54,067 nucleotides of DNA from Phoronis australis (lineage: Eukaryota > Animalia > Phoronida): positions 58,672 through 112,738 of the forward strand of contig NMRA01000460.1 of NCBI GenBank assembly GCA_002633005.1, given 5' to 3'. The number at the start of each line of letters is the position of its first letter. The stretch's first letter is position 1. Both the position numbers and the translations under genes were made by a program. Positions 1 to 12,435 of this stretch are shown piece by piece. The notes below the pieces were generated by a model. It saw only the letters and a list, made by a program, of their open reading frames with translations, was not told where the DNA came from and did no database searches.

Positions 1-55
1 ACACATATATAAATCATCATGTTTCAAAACCCTCACATAACCACACATGACTTAC

Positions 56-157
56 CAGTTTCTGCCTTAGGCACTGCAAGTGCCGACAACGTGACAGAAC
101 TTTGTCTGGGCAGCAGCAGCACCTTGTTACCCCCCGCGGACACTGTCAGAGGGATCA
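56..157 (-). CDS. KIAA0319L: KIAA0319/KIAA0319L-like, internal coding exon, start of first PKD repeat (gene continues beyond left edge)
   Basis: Minus strand CAG|...|GTAAG; 102 nt, phase 1-1; encodes (L)IPLTVSAGGNKVLLLPRQSSVTLSALAVPKAET, resembling the LxVSAG..x.LP.....L.A start of PKD1 in this family. Paralogue assignment (KIAA0319 vs KIAA0319L) is not resolvable. Confidence 0.88.
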
Positions 158-777
158 CTGGAACAATACAGAGCTAGCTTGTAGTTCACTAGCTGATCAA
201 GGGTGGGGGGGGGGGTTTCAATGATCATTTTGTACCAAAACCTAAGACCTAAAGTCACTGTGAACACATTGACATGTCAGTTTTGGTCTCATTTAAATTA
301 AATCTTAAATCTCAGAAAGGTAGTAAATAATTAAGTTGACCAGTTTGATCAAAGTTATGTCAGTGACATAATTAAGAGAAGAAATCAGATGAAAATCAAT
401 TCTAAATAATCAGAAAATTAGACAATCGATTTGGCTACTTTGCTGATTTTTCAATGAGACCTTTGTTTATCTTCAAAACAATTAAGTAAAACATGTTCTT
501 TCTTACAACTTACTGAATGTAAAATAATGAAAACTGCAAAGTGCGATGACAGAACAGAATTGGTTAACGTCACATACATCACGTTGCTTTCAGAAAGCTC
601 CATGGATATGAATTAATGTTAACCTACCATGCATCACACTGAAGGGATTGGAAGCAAAAAACAAACCTAACGAAACAACGAATAATATCACCTTTAAAAT
701 GATCTTATCACTCCATAACAACTTTTGTTTATTTCATGTCAATAAATCTTTTCAGTAAGTTGATAATGAAAACTTAC

Positions 778-841
778 GTCTCTTTGTTGTAGTAGTTGAC
801 TTAGTTGGTTTAGGAGTTGTGTCCACTACACTTACTTTTTG
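778..841 (-). CDS. KIAA0319L: KIAA0319-like exon, Thr-rich stalk
   Basis: tttttgCAG|...|GTAAGT; 64 nt, phase 0-1; QKVSVVDTTPKPTKSTTTTKR; joins in frame to 56-157. Confidence 0.8.
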
Positions 842-1927
842 CTGCAAAAAACAGAAACATAATTTCAATCTGCAAACAAGATTACATTGATAATTTTTGG
901 CGAGTTCCTCAAGCCACTGAGCGCATTGTGATGTAATGCGATAGCTTACTTTGAGCCACCAACGCTGCATTAAACTTGCCTCGGCGTTCATGGCTCATTT
1001 TGTGTTGGTAAGGCTATATAACACAATGCCTGATTACTAGCAAGGATCACTCACAGATGGGCAAAAAAATACATACATAGATGTGGTCAAACATTTTCGA
1101 GTCAAATGTACAAAAGATGTATTATTTAGTTTTGAGTTAAAACATCTCTAATGTTTTCCTAAGTTGTGTGTTAAGGAAAGTATTTTCAATAACTGCATGG
1201 TGTCTGAAATAATCGTATTCCACACTATAACTACCGGAAGTTATTTCTGACCGGATTCAAATACCGTGTTCTGTTTATAAACGACATTGGTGTCCAGCTT
1301 CACTGAACAAAAGGTCCATCTGACCAGCAAACCTCTAATCGCCTGATAATTGGCCTCGGGGAATATCTCAAAAGGTCACGATTAAAAAGCCACGTGGCTA
1401 AGATACCCCTGTCGTAACCCACTACAAAGTGAATCCCTACCAAACATTTCTTGAATGCTGATATATTTAAAATGCCCGTGTAGACACAAGTCACTGATCC
1501 ACAGATCAGGATCTATAGGTCAACTGTCCCGTATCTACATTTTTCTAAATTGATCCCAGAGAACGTCAAAGACTATGTTTTTAAAGTGACAAATACAAAA
1601 TAACACACTTTCTGTCAAAAAAACCTTTGAAGAAGGCCATTTACTGTTATAAAAACAGTCTTGTCAATTAATGATTTGTAAGTATACATTCATCGGAGCA
1701 CTGTACGTATCTCTATATTCTTAGTATCTCAACAACTGAAATGTTATTCGGTGAGCTTGGAAATTCAACGATCAAAGCGCAGAGTCGAAGGTACTGTGAC
1801 AAATGAAACGCCAAAGAATTTTAGATGGAAATACAGAGCTTCTTCATCTTAGTAATCCCATTTGAAAAATACAACTGTCATAACATGTACACAGTTACCA
1901 CTCAAGATGTGCATTCATCTCAGACAG

Positions 1928-2321
1928 CTGGGCCCAGGGTCTAATCGTTGTACTTGAAACTGAACTCAAATAACTTTTTGCATTCGCCGCTCTGCTTTTG
2001 TGCGAGCTCAATATAAGTGTCTGTTAGTCCGTGCTTGAGTACATCGTGGTTAACACTGATGAATTTCTAGGCCAAGTTCGCACTTGACGACCCCAGCCTT
2101 AAAGCAATAAGTTTATATCTGAACTCAAAATCTTGAGTTTTAGTTCAGATCCGTAGCTCAAATTCAGGGCACACCAAGTGCGAACATGGAATAAAAGCTT
2201 GCCAGCATTAACCATAATGTACTCAAGCACGGAATAATAGACTCATATCTTGAGTTCGCACAAAAGTAGAGCGAAAACGTCAAAAATAATTTTGAATACA
2301 AAGATTAAAGGCCTGGCCCAG
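1928..2321. mobile_element. Palindromic (foldback) MITE-like element, ~390 bp
   Basis: Ends CTGGGCC...GGCCCAG; arm pairs such as TCCGTGCTTGAGTACAT / ATGTACTCAAGCACGGA and GTTCGCACTTG / CAAGTGCGAAC; central ATCTGAACT...AGTTCAGAT. Confidence 0.8.
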
Positions 2322-2940
2322 ATCAGATGTCTGAGTTGGGTCAGATCAGCTCACTTTTAATGAACGTTCATGAAGCCATCCAACCACACATCTCGTGACA
2401 TAGTTAGCTACACCACTTCCCACCAGTGGATCGTGTGTTAATACTGTACACCATTCAAACATGGGCTGAAAGCTAGAATTCTGGTCAATCACAATTAATT
2501 AGAGTACATGGACAGAACCATATTATGAGAGTTAAGTCTCCTAAAGATGACAAGGCAAATCTGAAGGCTTATTTCTGAGCTAGCTACCAGATGGCCGATT
2601 TGAGATTGTAAGCCTTGATGTATAATTTTTTTTCAAACACACGACCAGACACCTGATTGCTGTCTGATCAGATGCCATGTGTATATATAGTGAATGAGGG
2701 TAGATAGACGCCTAACTTTAATAAATGATGCAAAAAACAAAACCAGGAAATGAAGGTACTGTTTCATGCAAGCCAAATAACATCTTAATGGTCATTTTCA
2801 AAGAAAAGCTGGGAAGCAATTTCACAGCTGTTGGCAAAACCGATGACAAATGAAAATACATTGCTTTGTTTTCTCAACAAGAACCGTTACAGAAGTTTAT
2901 ACGTGTCCTCTTAGAGGAAATCGCAGGACTCTTTACTTAC

Positions 2941-2987
2941 CTCGGTGTTATTTGTGTTGACTGACGTAACCATGGTGGTTATCAACC
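2941..2987 (-). CDS. KIAA0319L: KIAA0319-like exon, Thr-rich stalk
   Basis: tttCAG|...GAG|GTAAGT; 47 nt, phase 1-0; (G)LITTMVTSVNTNNTE; exactly bridges the phases of exons 10305-10661 and 778-841. Confidence 0.75.
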
Positions 2988-3830
2988 CTGAAACAACAAG
3001 CAGACCACACTTATTAACCAATATTACAACCTGGAAGATGTACAGCATTGAGACAATAGCTTTTTCAATTTACGGTATGGGTATATCCCATCAAGAAGCC
3101 AATTGTTCACTGCTCTATAAAGTAGGCTGTACGAAAGCTGCTGTAAACTAATTTTCCGTCAAACAAAAGTCAAACTTTTGTTCAAGAACACTTGCTACAG
3201 CAAATCTGATCTCAACAAGGCGAGAAGTGGTTTGTGAACTTGGAAACAACTGACATCTGGTTATTGCTCAAGACTAAGCTCAGCCTATTAGATGACTGAT
3301 CTCAAGCAGTAACACACTGCCAATTCTTTCCAAGTGCAAAAGCAACACCTTATTTGAATAAGAACATGTTGAGACCAATGTCATAAACACAAGTGTTCTA
3401 AATAAAAGTTAGTTATCAGATACAAGTTGGGTACGTAGCAACTTTAAACAAGATGCTACAGTGTGACTTAACCACCTTCATTGGCTCTCTATCAATCAAC
3501 ATTGTAGTGCTACAAGTTACGTTTTACATAGGACCACGAAACTTAATTAAAACAGGACATTTTATACAGTCATACAAATAGTCCCGAAAATTCGTCTACG
3601 TACAGATATCTTTGAGACCTAAACCTACCCTTTAAGCCTATGAACAACGGGTCACAAGCTCTTGAAAATGTTACAAAAGGCGTTAGGCACACTGGTTAGC
3701 GTGGTATTTAACAAAACTCTAGTTCACAATTAGTGTGAAGTCAAAAATGCAGGATTCCGTGGGCAAAGAAATGAGACATTGATTTGCGTAATCTAAAAGG
3801 AGTCTATTGAGCACACAAAGTTGAATTTTA

Positions 3831-3992
3831 ATCAGCATCACTCAAGTGTGTTTCTCGGCATGGTATAAGGATCAGCCATATCTTAAAGATACCCTTTCCG
3901 CACACAAAATTACATTTCGATCAGCATGACTTAAGTGTGCTTTTTGGCATGATATAAGGATCAGTCATGTCCTAAAGATACCCTTTCCACAT
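3831..3992. repeat. Two-copy direct repeat, period ~89 bp
   Basis: ATCAGCAT..CT.AAGTGTG...GGCATG.TATAAGGATCAG.CAT.TC.TAAAGATACCCTTTCC occurs twice. Confidence 0.85.
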
Positions 3993-6309
3993 CTTTTCAC
4001 GTAACCTCATAAAAGAAATTCGACTGCAAATCAATTTAGATTACAATTCTTCCTCAATGATGCTCTTTCAATAAGCAATCCAAATGTTTTCAAAATTACA
4101 AGAGAGACGTCATTTTCATTTTTTAAATTTCCAGTGGTGCACCTGCAAAATGGCCACCACAGTTGAACAGCATTAGCTACACTTTTTAAGTTCAAAACTG
4201 GCAAAAATGTAGGTATGAGAGTCTTTAAATAAATTCAAATTCACAGGAAAATACACCCAATGAGTACACAAGAGAAAAGACAAGTAGTTCATACAAAATT
4301 TTGTGTCATTTTTTTCTATACCAATTGAATGACATGACTGCAGATATCCAGATACATGGGCAAGGCTTATGCTTGATATTTTTATTTTAATGAAAGAGAT
4401 AATAATCATATACTTAAAAAAAGAAAAAAATTCTCTCATAAAACTAGACTAGGCTGTTTTGAAACTTTCAAACAATTACTCGTACCACAGGTAATACTAA
4501 AACTAAAAAAGAACAGCAAAACTAATGCTACTACTAAGTTGCTACTAACAACAACACTGTTCACACAGAAATAATCTAAATAAAAATGTTTGACAGTACC
4601 ATAATTTTACAACAACCATAACCAATCAGATATTAATACAAAAACCTTTTGTCAGCAACAATTGAAAACCAATAAAATGAGCAAAGTACAATAATTTATT
4701 AGATACAAACGTAACAGCAGAACGATCCTTAATTGCATGAAATTTTAAACCGGATTGATGAGGGTACCAATCTTTCACTCACACACATGAACGATAATGC
4801 CATGTTGCCATGTTTGGAGTATCTCAATGAACCAGTAGCTTCCCACACATAACCCAGATCAGTATTATTAAAGTACAGCTGAGATACAACCTAAATCACT
4901 AGGAGTGCAAAACGAACAACAGCAAATCAGGAGACGAAACAACAGTTGTAAATAATGAACATCAAAATTTTAAGTTTAGATCAAAATTATACATTGAATG
5001 TAAGCTTTCTATAACGGGCCTGGTGACTTTGACAGATGAATGCTAAAGCGGGGAGGGGGGGAGGGGGGGTGTAACAAAACAATCCTGTGATTGACATCTG
5101 CTTTCAACCATGATGGTGTGAAGCTCCTAATCCCACTAGAAGCCAGGAACTCTCATTGATCTCAGGATTTTATTAATGAATTAATATCCAACTGGACAGT
5201 GCTGGACAGTGCTGGACATTTTGGTGTCACTAGTATTCTCAGCCAACCCCTACATGCGGTGCGGCAATTCTTAAATTATTTTGCACATGATGATTCCCAA
5301 GATTGACATTTTTCATAGCAAATTACATTGCCACAAACAATCAAAATTATACAGTAATTCTCCACTTAACTGGCACAAAATAAATTACATATTTTCCTGA
5401 TAGTCAGGGTGTGTCAAATTAAGGTTATCTAGGACCTTAATAAACGACCTCAACTCTATGTCAAATATCGAAGAAACTATACTTTGTCAACCATTAAAAA
5501 TATATATTTTCTGAAAGGAAAAAGATCAAGGAATCGAAAAATATGCTTCTTACTACTGAGTCTTTATTGTTATCAGTTAACCATGTTCTTTAAATTAAAA
5601 GTTTCATGTGCAAGGAAAGTATATTCATAACAAAATAACCCCCGAGACCATTTTACTAAAACTTTTTCAAAAAAAAAATTTACGTTATTCTCAAAAACAC
5701 TGTTGGGATTTTGCTATAAAATGCCTAGTTTTCGCATACCAAGCGATATACAAATAAGACTGCTGTTTTTTCTTTTACAAAAATGCCATGTGTTTTACAA
5801 GCTAATTTGTGTGTAAAATCAACTCAGTAACCAAGCATCACCAACTGCCTGTATGAGAATCGCAAATTTTACGAAATGTGGCCTACGGTTGTTGGCAACG
5901 TGTTCTTATTAACAGTAACTAAATTACTTTATCCTGTTCCATTGGTGAAACACTATTTCAAGCACGTGACCCTAAGTAACAACACACTCATCCAAGTCGC
6001 ATCTTTCACCTGATATTTACAACAGCAAGAGATATCCCATATGATTGCATGAATAATCGTAAGTGGTAAATACACACTGTTCAGATCAGACCTTACCAAC
6101 ATGGTTAAATTGACCAGAATTAATGATTGGGCTTTACGTTGATATTTTCCGAAGAGCAAAACTAACTGTGTGCAAATTAGGTGAGGCAAGAAATTCCCAC
6201 CAAGATATCTCACGTGAAATAAATGAAGGTCAAAATAGTATTTTTCAAAATAATTGTGGATATGCAAAATGAGGTGTGTGTGTGCTAAGTACTTGGAGAC
6301 TTACAGTTT

Positions 6310-6378
6310 AACATGCTGTTCAGCGACAACCATACACTTACAGTATAACATGCTGTTCAGTGAAAACCATACACTACA
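6310..6378. repeat. Two-copy tandem repeat, ~37 bp
   Basis: AACATGCTGTTCAG.GA.AACCATACACT occurs twice. Confidence 0.8.
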
Positions 6379-8600
6379 AACAATGAAGAGGAATTTGCTA
6401 ATCATTTTTAATGAGAAATTAGACACAATGAAATTCTACATTTCTGTCATATCACATTTCAAACAAGAGAACAATTATCGTAATCCAACCCATGCCGTAG
6501 TTCGATCACGGAAAATACTACATCCCTATATTATGGTCATAACATTGATAACCAAGACTTACTTAATACAAGGATAATATTCTCTTGACATTTGACTGAA
6601 AATTCATCCTGCATTGACAAGATACAATGCATTATGCAGCTATTGAATTCCCAACAGTGTCATTTACATGATGTGCCAAACACAGGCAGCATTTTTTCTA
6701 ATGTAACATAACAGTGGTGAACAATGTGCTTAACCAAATACAGTGCAGAGAAACCGAGAAAATCTATCCGCAGTTCTGTAAGAATAACAGCTAACTGATG
6801 AACATTGCTCAGTTTTGCTGTCACCAATCATTCATAACCCACACGAAAAAATTAATACCACCATGCCTGTTATCTCATTTTCCATACTGATTTGAAAGCA
6901 ATTTATAAATGCCAGCAATTCATAGAGTCTGGAGTGCCCGAAGGTTACAGTGCCCACGTGGTGGATCGCTAAGGAATTACTTACACACGATTACGAAGCA
7001 GGACCAGAGTCCCAACGAGATATCCCAGCCACTCATGTTAACAACTGTGTCAGACAAGTGACATTTTAAATAGCATTCTGGAGACAGTTCATAGATAACC
7101 GAAACACTTCACTAGAGCATCTCAAATTAGAACGACGCCATATTCCATAACGCAATTAGACATTAAAGCAACAATTTCCAACACAACATGCGAAGGACAG
7201 AGAATTGCACGCAAAAACTCCAAATCCATGCCATATCCTCCTAATTGTACAGATAAAACAACTCTGCCGATAGCGGACATGAGCGGCCAATGAAACAAAA
7301 TTGTGTGATGCTTGCTCCGGCTTTGGTCTTCATTTCCAAGTGTTGGTGGACAAAATCGCAAATGACAACGTGGTGCAATCCGCAATACAGTTCACACACG
7401 CAAACTGTATTGGTACAGTGAACATGAATCCTGGCATGCCGATATCGCAATAGTCATAACTGGCAAGCGTGACACTGAAGAGTGCAACTACAGTACAAAT
7501 GCAAATGTGATGGGCTAACTACCAGCACGAGTGGCACTTGTGCATGTGTACATCTCTCTGTCAAGACTAAATCTGAACATGCCAGTAACACATTTTAAGT
7601 TTAATGGAATACACACTAGGGGTAATCAATAGTTACCGTGATATTGAGATTGAAGGATTCATTTGTTTACAGTCATAGGGGTTTCAAGCAAGAGTTAATT
7701 ACTAGTTTCATGTACAGAGATATTAATCCAGTGACTTAAAGTTTGTGAGATCAGAGCATGCCATCAAACAATAAACAATCATTAACTGTCACCCATTAAA
7801 ATAACACAAATAAATTAAAAGTGAAACGAGTAGTTAAAACACCAATAAACAGGTAACAAAAAAGAATAATGGAAAACATGATGTCAAATTCATCGACATA
7901 TATAACAATTTGCCTTTATAATGAATTAAAAAACTTCAATTAAATGGTGATAGAATTGGAAGGTTTACGCAACCAAGTCAAAAATAAGCTTTTCAACTAT
8001 TTTTCAATCTACTCATTATACTGCATGAGACATCTATTGGCAGGATCAGGGCTTAGCGATGCCATTTCCAATACAAGGCGATCATGCCGGCTTACCAGCT
8101 GTGATTAAGAGATCAATCAACAACAGTATGGAATACTCAATCTATGGCCAGCAGTATTTACCAAATCCTGTCTTTATAATTAACAGCTATATTATCTAAA
8201 TTATGAGAGCTTGACAGCTTCTTCCACCAGGGATAGATGTCTCGGCAGGCCGTCTGCTCTAGAGTTAAGTTGTAAATCATGCATAAGTACACTTAAGTAG
8301 TCAGTAATACCTGGAACCTAGTGCCACGCATCTTCAATCAAATGAATATTTAAAACAGCAAACCCCATGACCCGGGAGTTCTCTTTCGCATAATGGATAG
8401 GGTGTGGGGGTGTTGGTAAACTCACATTTAAAACCTGGACCAACACAGTGACCATTTATGTGAAAGAATGGGTACAAGAGTCAATACCAAATCCCAACCC
8501 AAGACAATATCACCTGAGATAGGAAAACAACCACTTGGGTTGCTGACATTTTCCTACCAACCTTTTCTACCAGAGAGTGCCCGATCTTCCACAATTAAGT

Positions 8601-9728
8601 ACAAGAGCAATGCAAAGCATTACAATGTGCCCATAACTGCACCATAAACGGTATGCTTTTAGGGGCATTTATCAATATCACAGTATCATTAAAATGACCA
8701 CTAAATTGTGCAGAATACGTCCATCCTGTCCAAAAACAAGAAGGCGCCGTCAACTCCTTAATAGAAAACAGAAAACTGGAAAAGTTCATGGAAATCTGTA
8801 GAATGACTTCAAAGATACAGAGGCAAACGTAAAAAAAAATGAAACTGGCACCAGGTGGTAAATTGGTAGTCAGATTTGTCAGAAACAAGTTGCCATCTGT
8901 CTTAAGCTCATACAATAATTCTAAAAGAGATTCAGGAGATACAGCCACAGATGCAAAAAAAAACCCGCTACAACGATGCACTACAGCAGTCCGACCGATC
9001 TGAAAATCAGCGTCATTTCTGCTCTTGTCAACAGGATCCCAACTGCCGATTTTCATAACGATCTGAGCAGTTTGACGCATAAAGAGGTGAATGACAAAAT
9101 ATTAAAAGTAGCCACTAGGTGGTGCAGAATCAGTCAAATTTACTAGAAAACAAAATGCTGACAAATGCTGTAGTCTCCATTAAAGAAACCTATTGGGCAA
9201 CTTTCATGAAAAAACGCCAAGGAACTTTGAAGATATTAAAACTGACACCAGGGGACACAATGGTAGTAAGTTTGTCCCAAAAGTTCAAGTCATCTGTTGT
9301 CACATTCATAGGAAAAGATCGTGCGAAGAGTTAAGGAGATACAGCTTCAGACACAAAATTGCCAAAACGAGACCACACAATAGTCCGTCTGAAAATAAAT
9401 ACGAGCCGTGGTCTAACATTCATAGTGATAGAGAGGTGAACCCAAAAAAGGACTTCCATATAAATAATAAAAATAGTCACTAGGTGGCGCATAACACAAC
9501 AAGGCGTCGCTGTCTCCTTCATAGAAACCTATTAGCTGAATTTCAGGAAAACCTGTCAAGGAACATGTAAGTTATAGAGGTCAATGTACAAAAAAAAATA
9601 AAATTACGATTAGTGGGCATAACAATGGTAGTCAGATCTGTACGAAATTCGGCGTCATCCATTGTCAGCTTCACGGCCAGACAGATGGCAATATGCACCC
9701 ATGTACGTATATGTGGGCACATCAAAAA
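8601..9728. mobile_element. Non-autonomous Helentron/DINE-like element with internal ~140-bp tandem array
   Basis: Begins ACAAGAGC plus a short hairpin; subterminal inverted repeat ATGTGCCCAT (8625-8634) / GTGGGCACAT (9713-9722); ends in an A-run; termini match those of 39561-41289. Confidence 0.72.
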
Positions 9729-10304
9729 GAACCAAATTTACGGAATCCTAATTCTTCAACATGATTGTTACCCAATTCGAAATTTCAGTAACCGGAATTT
9801 AATAACAGAGGTTGACTCTTTAGGACAATTCTATCAACAACTTCCTTCAGAAGTGCCCTTCTCCCGGTCTCATCTTCACTTTAAGAAACGGGCCGTGTAG
9901 CAAATTGAAATGAAGTTGCCGTGAAAATGCACCAGATTTCTACTTTAAAGAAGTGAAACCAAAGTTTAGGAGCAGATCATATTATAAAAGCCAAAAACAA
10001 GATACAGTTACACACTGTCAAATTTTGGAAAGGCTGTAAAATATTTCCAACTGATACACCGATTTCTTGAAAAAACTTTGACTAACAAATATCTGATTAG
10101 ACATAAGCTTGTCTCTAAACTGACAACTCCAGCCTATTTCTTTTTTTGTATTTTGTGACAGTTTCAGTTAGACAACAAAATTTAGTAGATGGACAACAAT
10201 TTTTCAACTGATTTTGAGGTCTTAGATCTATAGCTTACTATGAAAAATAAAAAATTCTTTCAATAAGCGGTTCAATGAAAATCCTTTACAAAGATATTAC
10301 GTAC

Positions 10305-10661
10305 CTTCTGTTGAAACATCCGTTGTTACCCCAGGTTTTGATTTTGTCGTCATTGTGGTCAAAGGAATCCTCTCGCAGAACTTTGTAGCCGAGTTTCTGC
10401 GAAAACCCTGGATGCAATGACACATCCCATGTCGTCTCCGTGGCAACACTTCCTCTTCATCGTCATCTAATCCTTGCGGGGAATAGTCTTTGACAATACA
10501 TTCCTCATGATCGTATTGCATACAGTCGTATGTCCCTACACTGCAAGACATGTCATCAGGCCTACGAGAGTCCGAGAGATGGAATGCCGTGGACCTCTGT
10601 ACAGTGGATGATTGAGTGGTAGCCACCTCATCCACAGGTGGTTCTGAACTGGAGGTTTCAG
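10305..10661 (-). CDS. KIAA0319L: KIAA0319-like exon, S/T-rich linker plus six-Cys EGF/EB-like module
   Basis: ttTAG|CT...AG|GTACGT; 357 nt, phase 1-1; includes CSVGTYDC...EEC...MCHCIQGFRRNSATKFCE. Confidence 0.85.
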
Positions 10662-10869
10662 CTAAATTAGAAGAAAAAAGCACTTAGATAAAATTTGCAA
10701 CAAGTGAAGGTCTAAGTGACTTCTCGTGCAGATGATGGCAAGAGGCAGTTGGGACATTTGAAGAGCCTAATACAACAGCCTTTTGTTAACACACAGTCTC
10801 TTACAACCTTTCAATTACTGAATTGGACACCCTATTATGCCCAACCCATGTAACCCCTCAATCACTGAC

Positions 10870-11110
10870 GCCTTATTCATCTGAGCCATCCAAAAATCAA
10901 CACAAGCCATGCTGTCCCAAATAGGAACGTATCTGTTAAACTCCATGAAGATTCATCAACATATTTACGCAGAAGCAAAAAATAAAATTACCACAAGGGG
11001 CGCCACAGTAGCCACATCTAACAAAAATTCAACAACACTGGTGCTCTCCTCAATAGGAACACATGTATTAAATTTCATAAAAACGTATCAAAGAAAAACA
11101 TATTTTTGAA
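10870..11110. repeat. Fragment of the same ~140-bp monomer family
   Basis: AATAGGAAC..ATCTG..AAA.T.CAT and CCACAAGGGGCGC motifs; boundaries approximate. Confidence 0.55.
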
Positions 11111-11887
11111 AGTAGAAAACTTCTTGAACTTGGTTTTTAACTTAATACCAATCAGCTGTTAATTGGGTCAGATGGATTTGACTTTTTAGTAAAATTTAGC
11201 AAAAGAGAAAGGTCCATTCATAGGAGCATAATGGTATCAATAACACGGTCAAAGTTCATTCGATAATAATGATCAAGATGAAATCTCAAAAATGATGCAA
11301 GCTTTCTAAATTATAATTTTGTTTTCCCTTTTGAGTGACTTATGTGAATTTTCATATAATCAAAAAGCACAATTTTTTGATAGACTCTCATAAAAAAGTG
11401 GAACATTTTAAAAACCTAACGGCGCTTTGGAGAACAGAGAATAAAGAATAACAGGTGAAAATCTTAAACAAATCTGAACAACCATTTTTAAGGTATGATA
11501 TTCCAAAGTTAACTTAGACATTTTTCCGGGGACCTTCATAACCTTAATACCTGTGGGCATTTTACTGTTGTCTATGTCTATGATAGGACACTCAGCTGCT
11601 CAATGGATCAAATCCAATCACAAAGTTTTATTCCGTTTGGCCTACTTGAACGCAAGTTACTCAAGGTTGTGAACATGACACAGCATCTTGTCATCTATGT
11701 ACATGTGGGTGCACAAACACTGTAATCATGTTAAATTCTTGAATTCTTGAGCGTGTGAATGTAGTAGGGTGTGTTATCTTTATGAGTTGTGAATATGGCG
11801 GGTGTGTTATCTTGAAGATCAACGATTGATTTTATTATAATGTTGTATAAGGAACGTGACAAACTCATAGAAATCGCTGATTTAGAC

Positions 11888-12040
11888 CCCTGATATGACA
11901 CCTCAATCACTAATATGGAACCCCGATATGACACCTCAATCACTAATATGGAACCCTGATATGACCCCTCAATCACTTATATGGAACCCTGATATGACAT
12001 CTCAATTACTTATTTGGATACCCTGTTATGACAATACAAT
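11888..12040. repeat. 33-bp minisatellite, ~4.5 copies
   Basis: CCCTGATATGACACCTCAATCACTAATATGGAA at 11888, 11921, 11954, 11987 and degenerate at 12021. Confidence 0.92.
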
Positions 12041-12117
12041 TACGTAACTTGCATTTTGTTAAGACAGCTCAATTTATATGTTGTTATGACACCTAAATCC
12101 TTGCTTTGACTTTTTAC

Positions 12118-12435
12118 CTATGGAGCGTACGGAGACCATGAAAGAGTCCTTCAACTGGTCTCCATGTGTCCTCTTGGGGTCACAGCCGTGGGGAAGACTA
12201 GTGTTGCAGCTGACTAGATAGCAGGAACGCTCATCATCTTCAGAGTTGCCCAAGATGAGCGCCACATTACAGCTGGGCAGTTGGCAGCACTCTACGACAC
12301 ACTGTACAAACTCTTTGACTCCGTCAACCTTCTCGTAATGTCCCGCCTTCTTGCCCAGAGCAGGCACTGACTGGCGGCTAATGGAGTTTTGTACATTCTC
12401 CTTGGTGATCTCTAGGCAAAGATTACACAACCCAC
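12118..12435 (-). CDS. KIAA0319L: KIAA0319-like exon, MANEC/MANSC domain
   Basis: ttttgCAG|GT...AG|GTAAAA; 318 nt, phase 1-1; CVVECCQLPSCNVALI...CYLVSC...CDP matches the MANEC cysteine pattern. Confidence 0.88.

Noticed and set aside
200-5070. G-runs at about 201-215 and 5050-5069 as regulatory G-quadruplexes
   Set aside because: Simple homopolymer-like tracts in introns, C-rich on the transcript; nothing supports a function.
8595-9900. Cluster of ORFs (also 39294-41534 and 45807-46755)
   Set aside because: They lie within the Helentron-like tandem arrays, with no recognisable domain or splice logic.
11888-12040. 33-bp repeats as a CRISPR array; ORF 11731-11976 as a gene
   Set aside because: Units are head-to-tail with no unique spacers and lie in a eukaryotic intron; the ORF is a by-product of the repeat.
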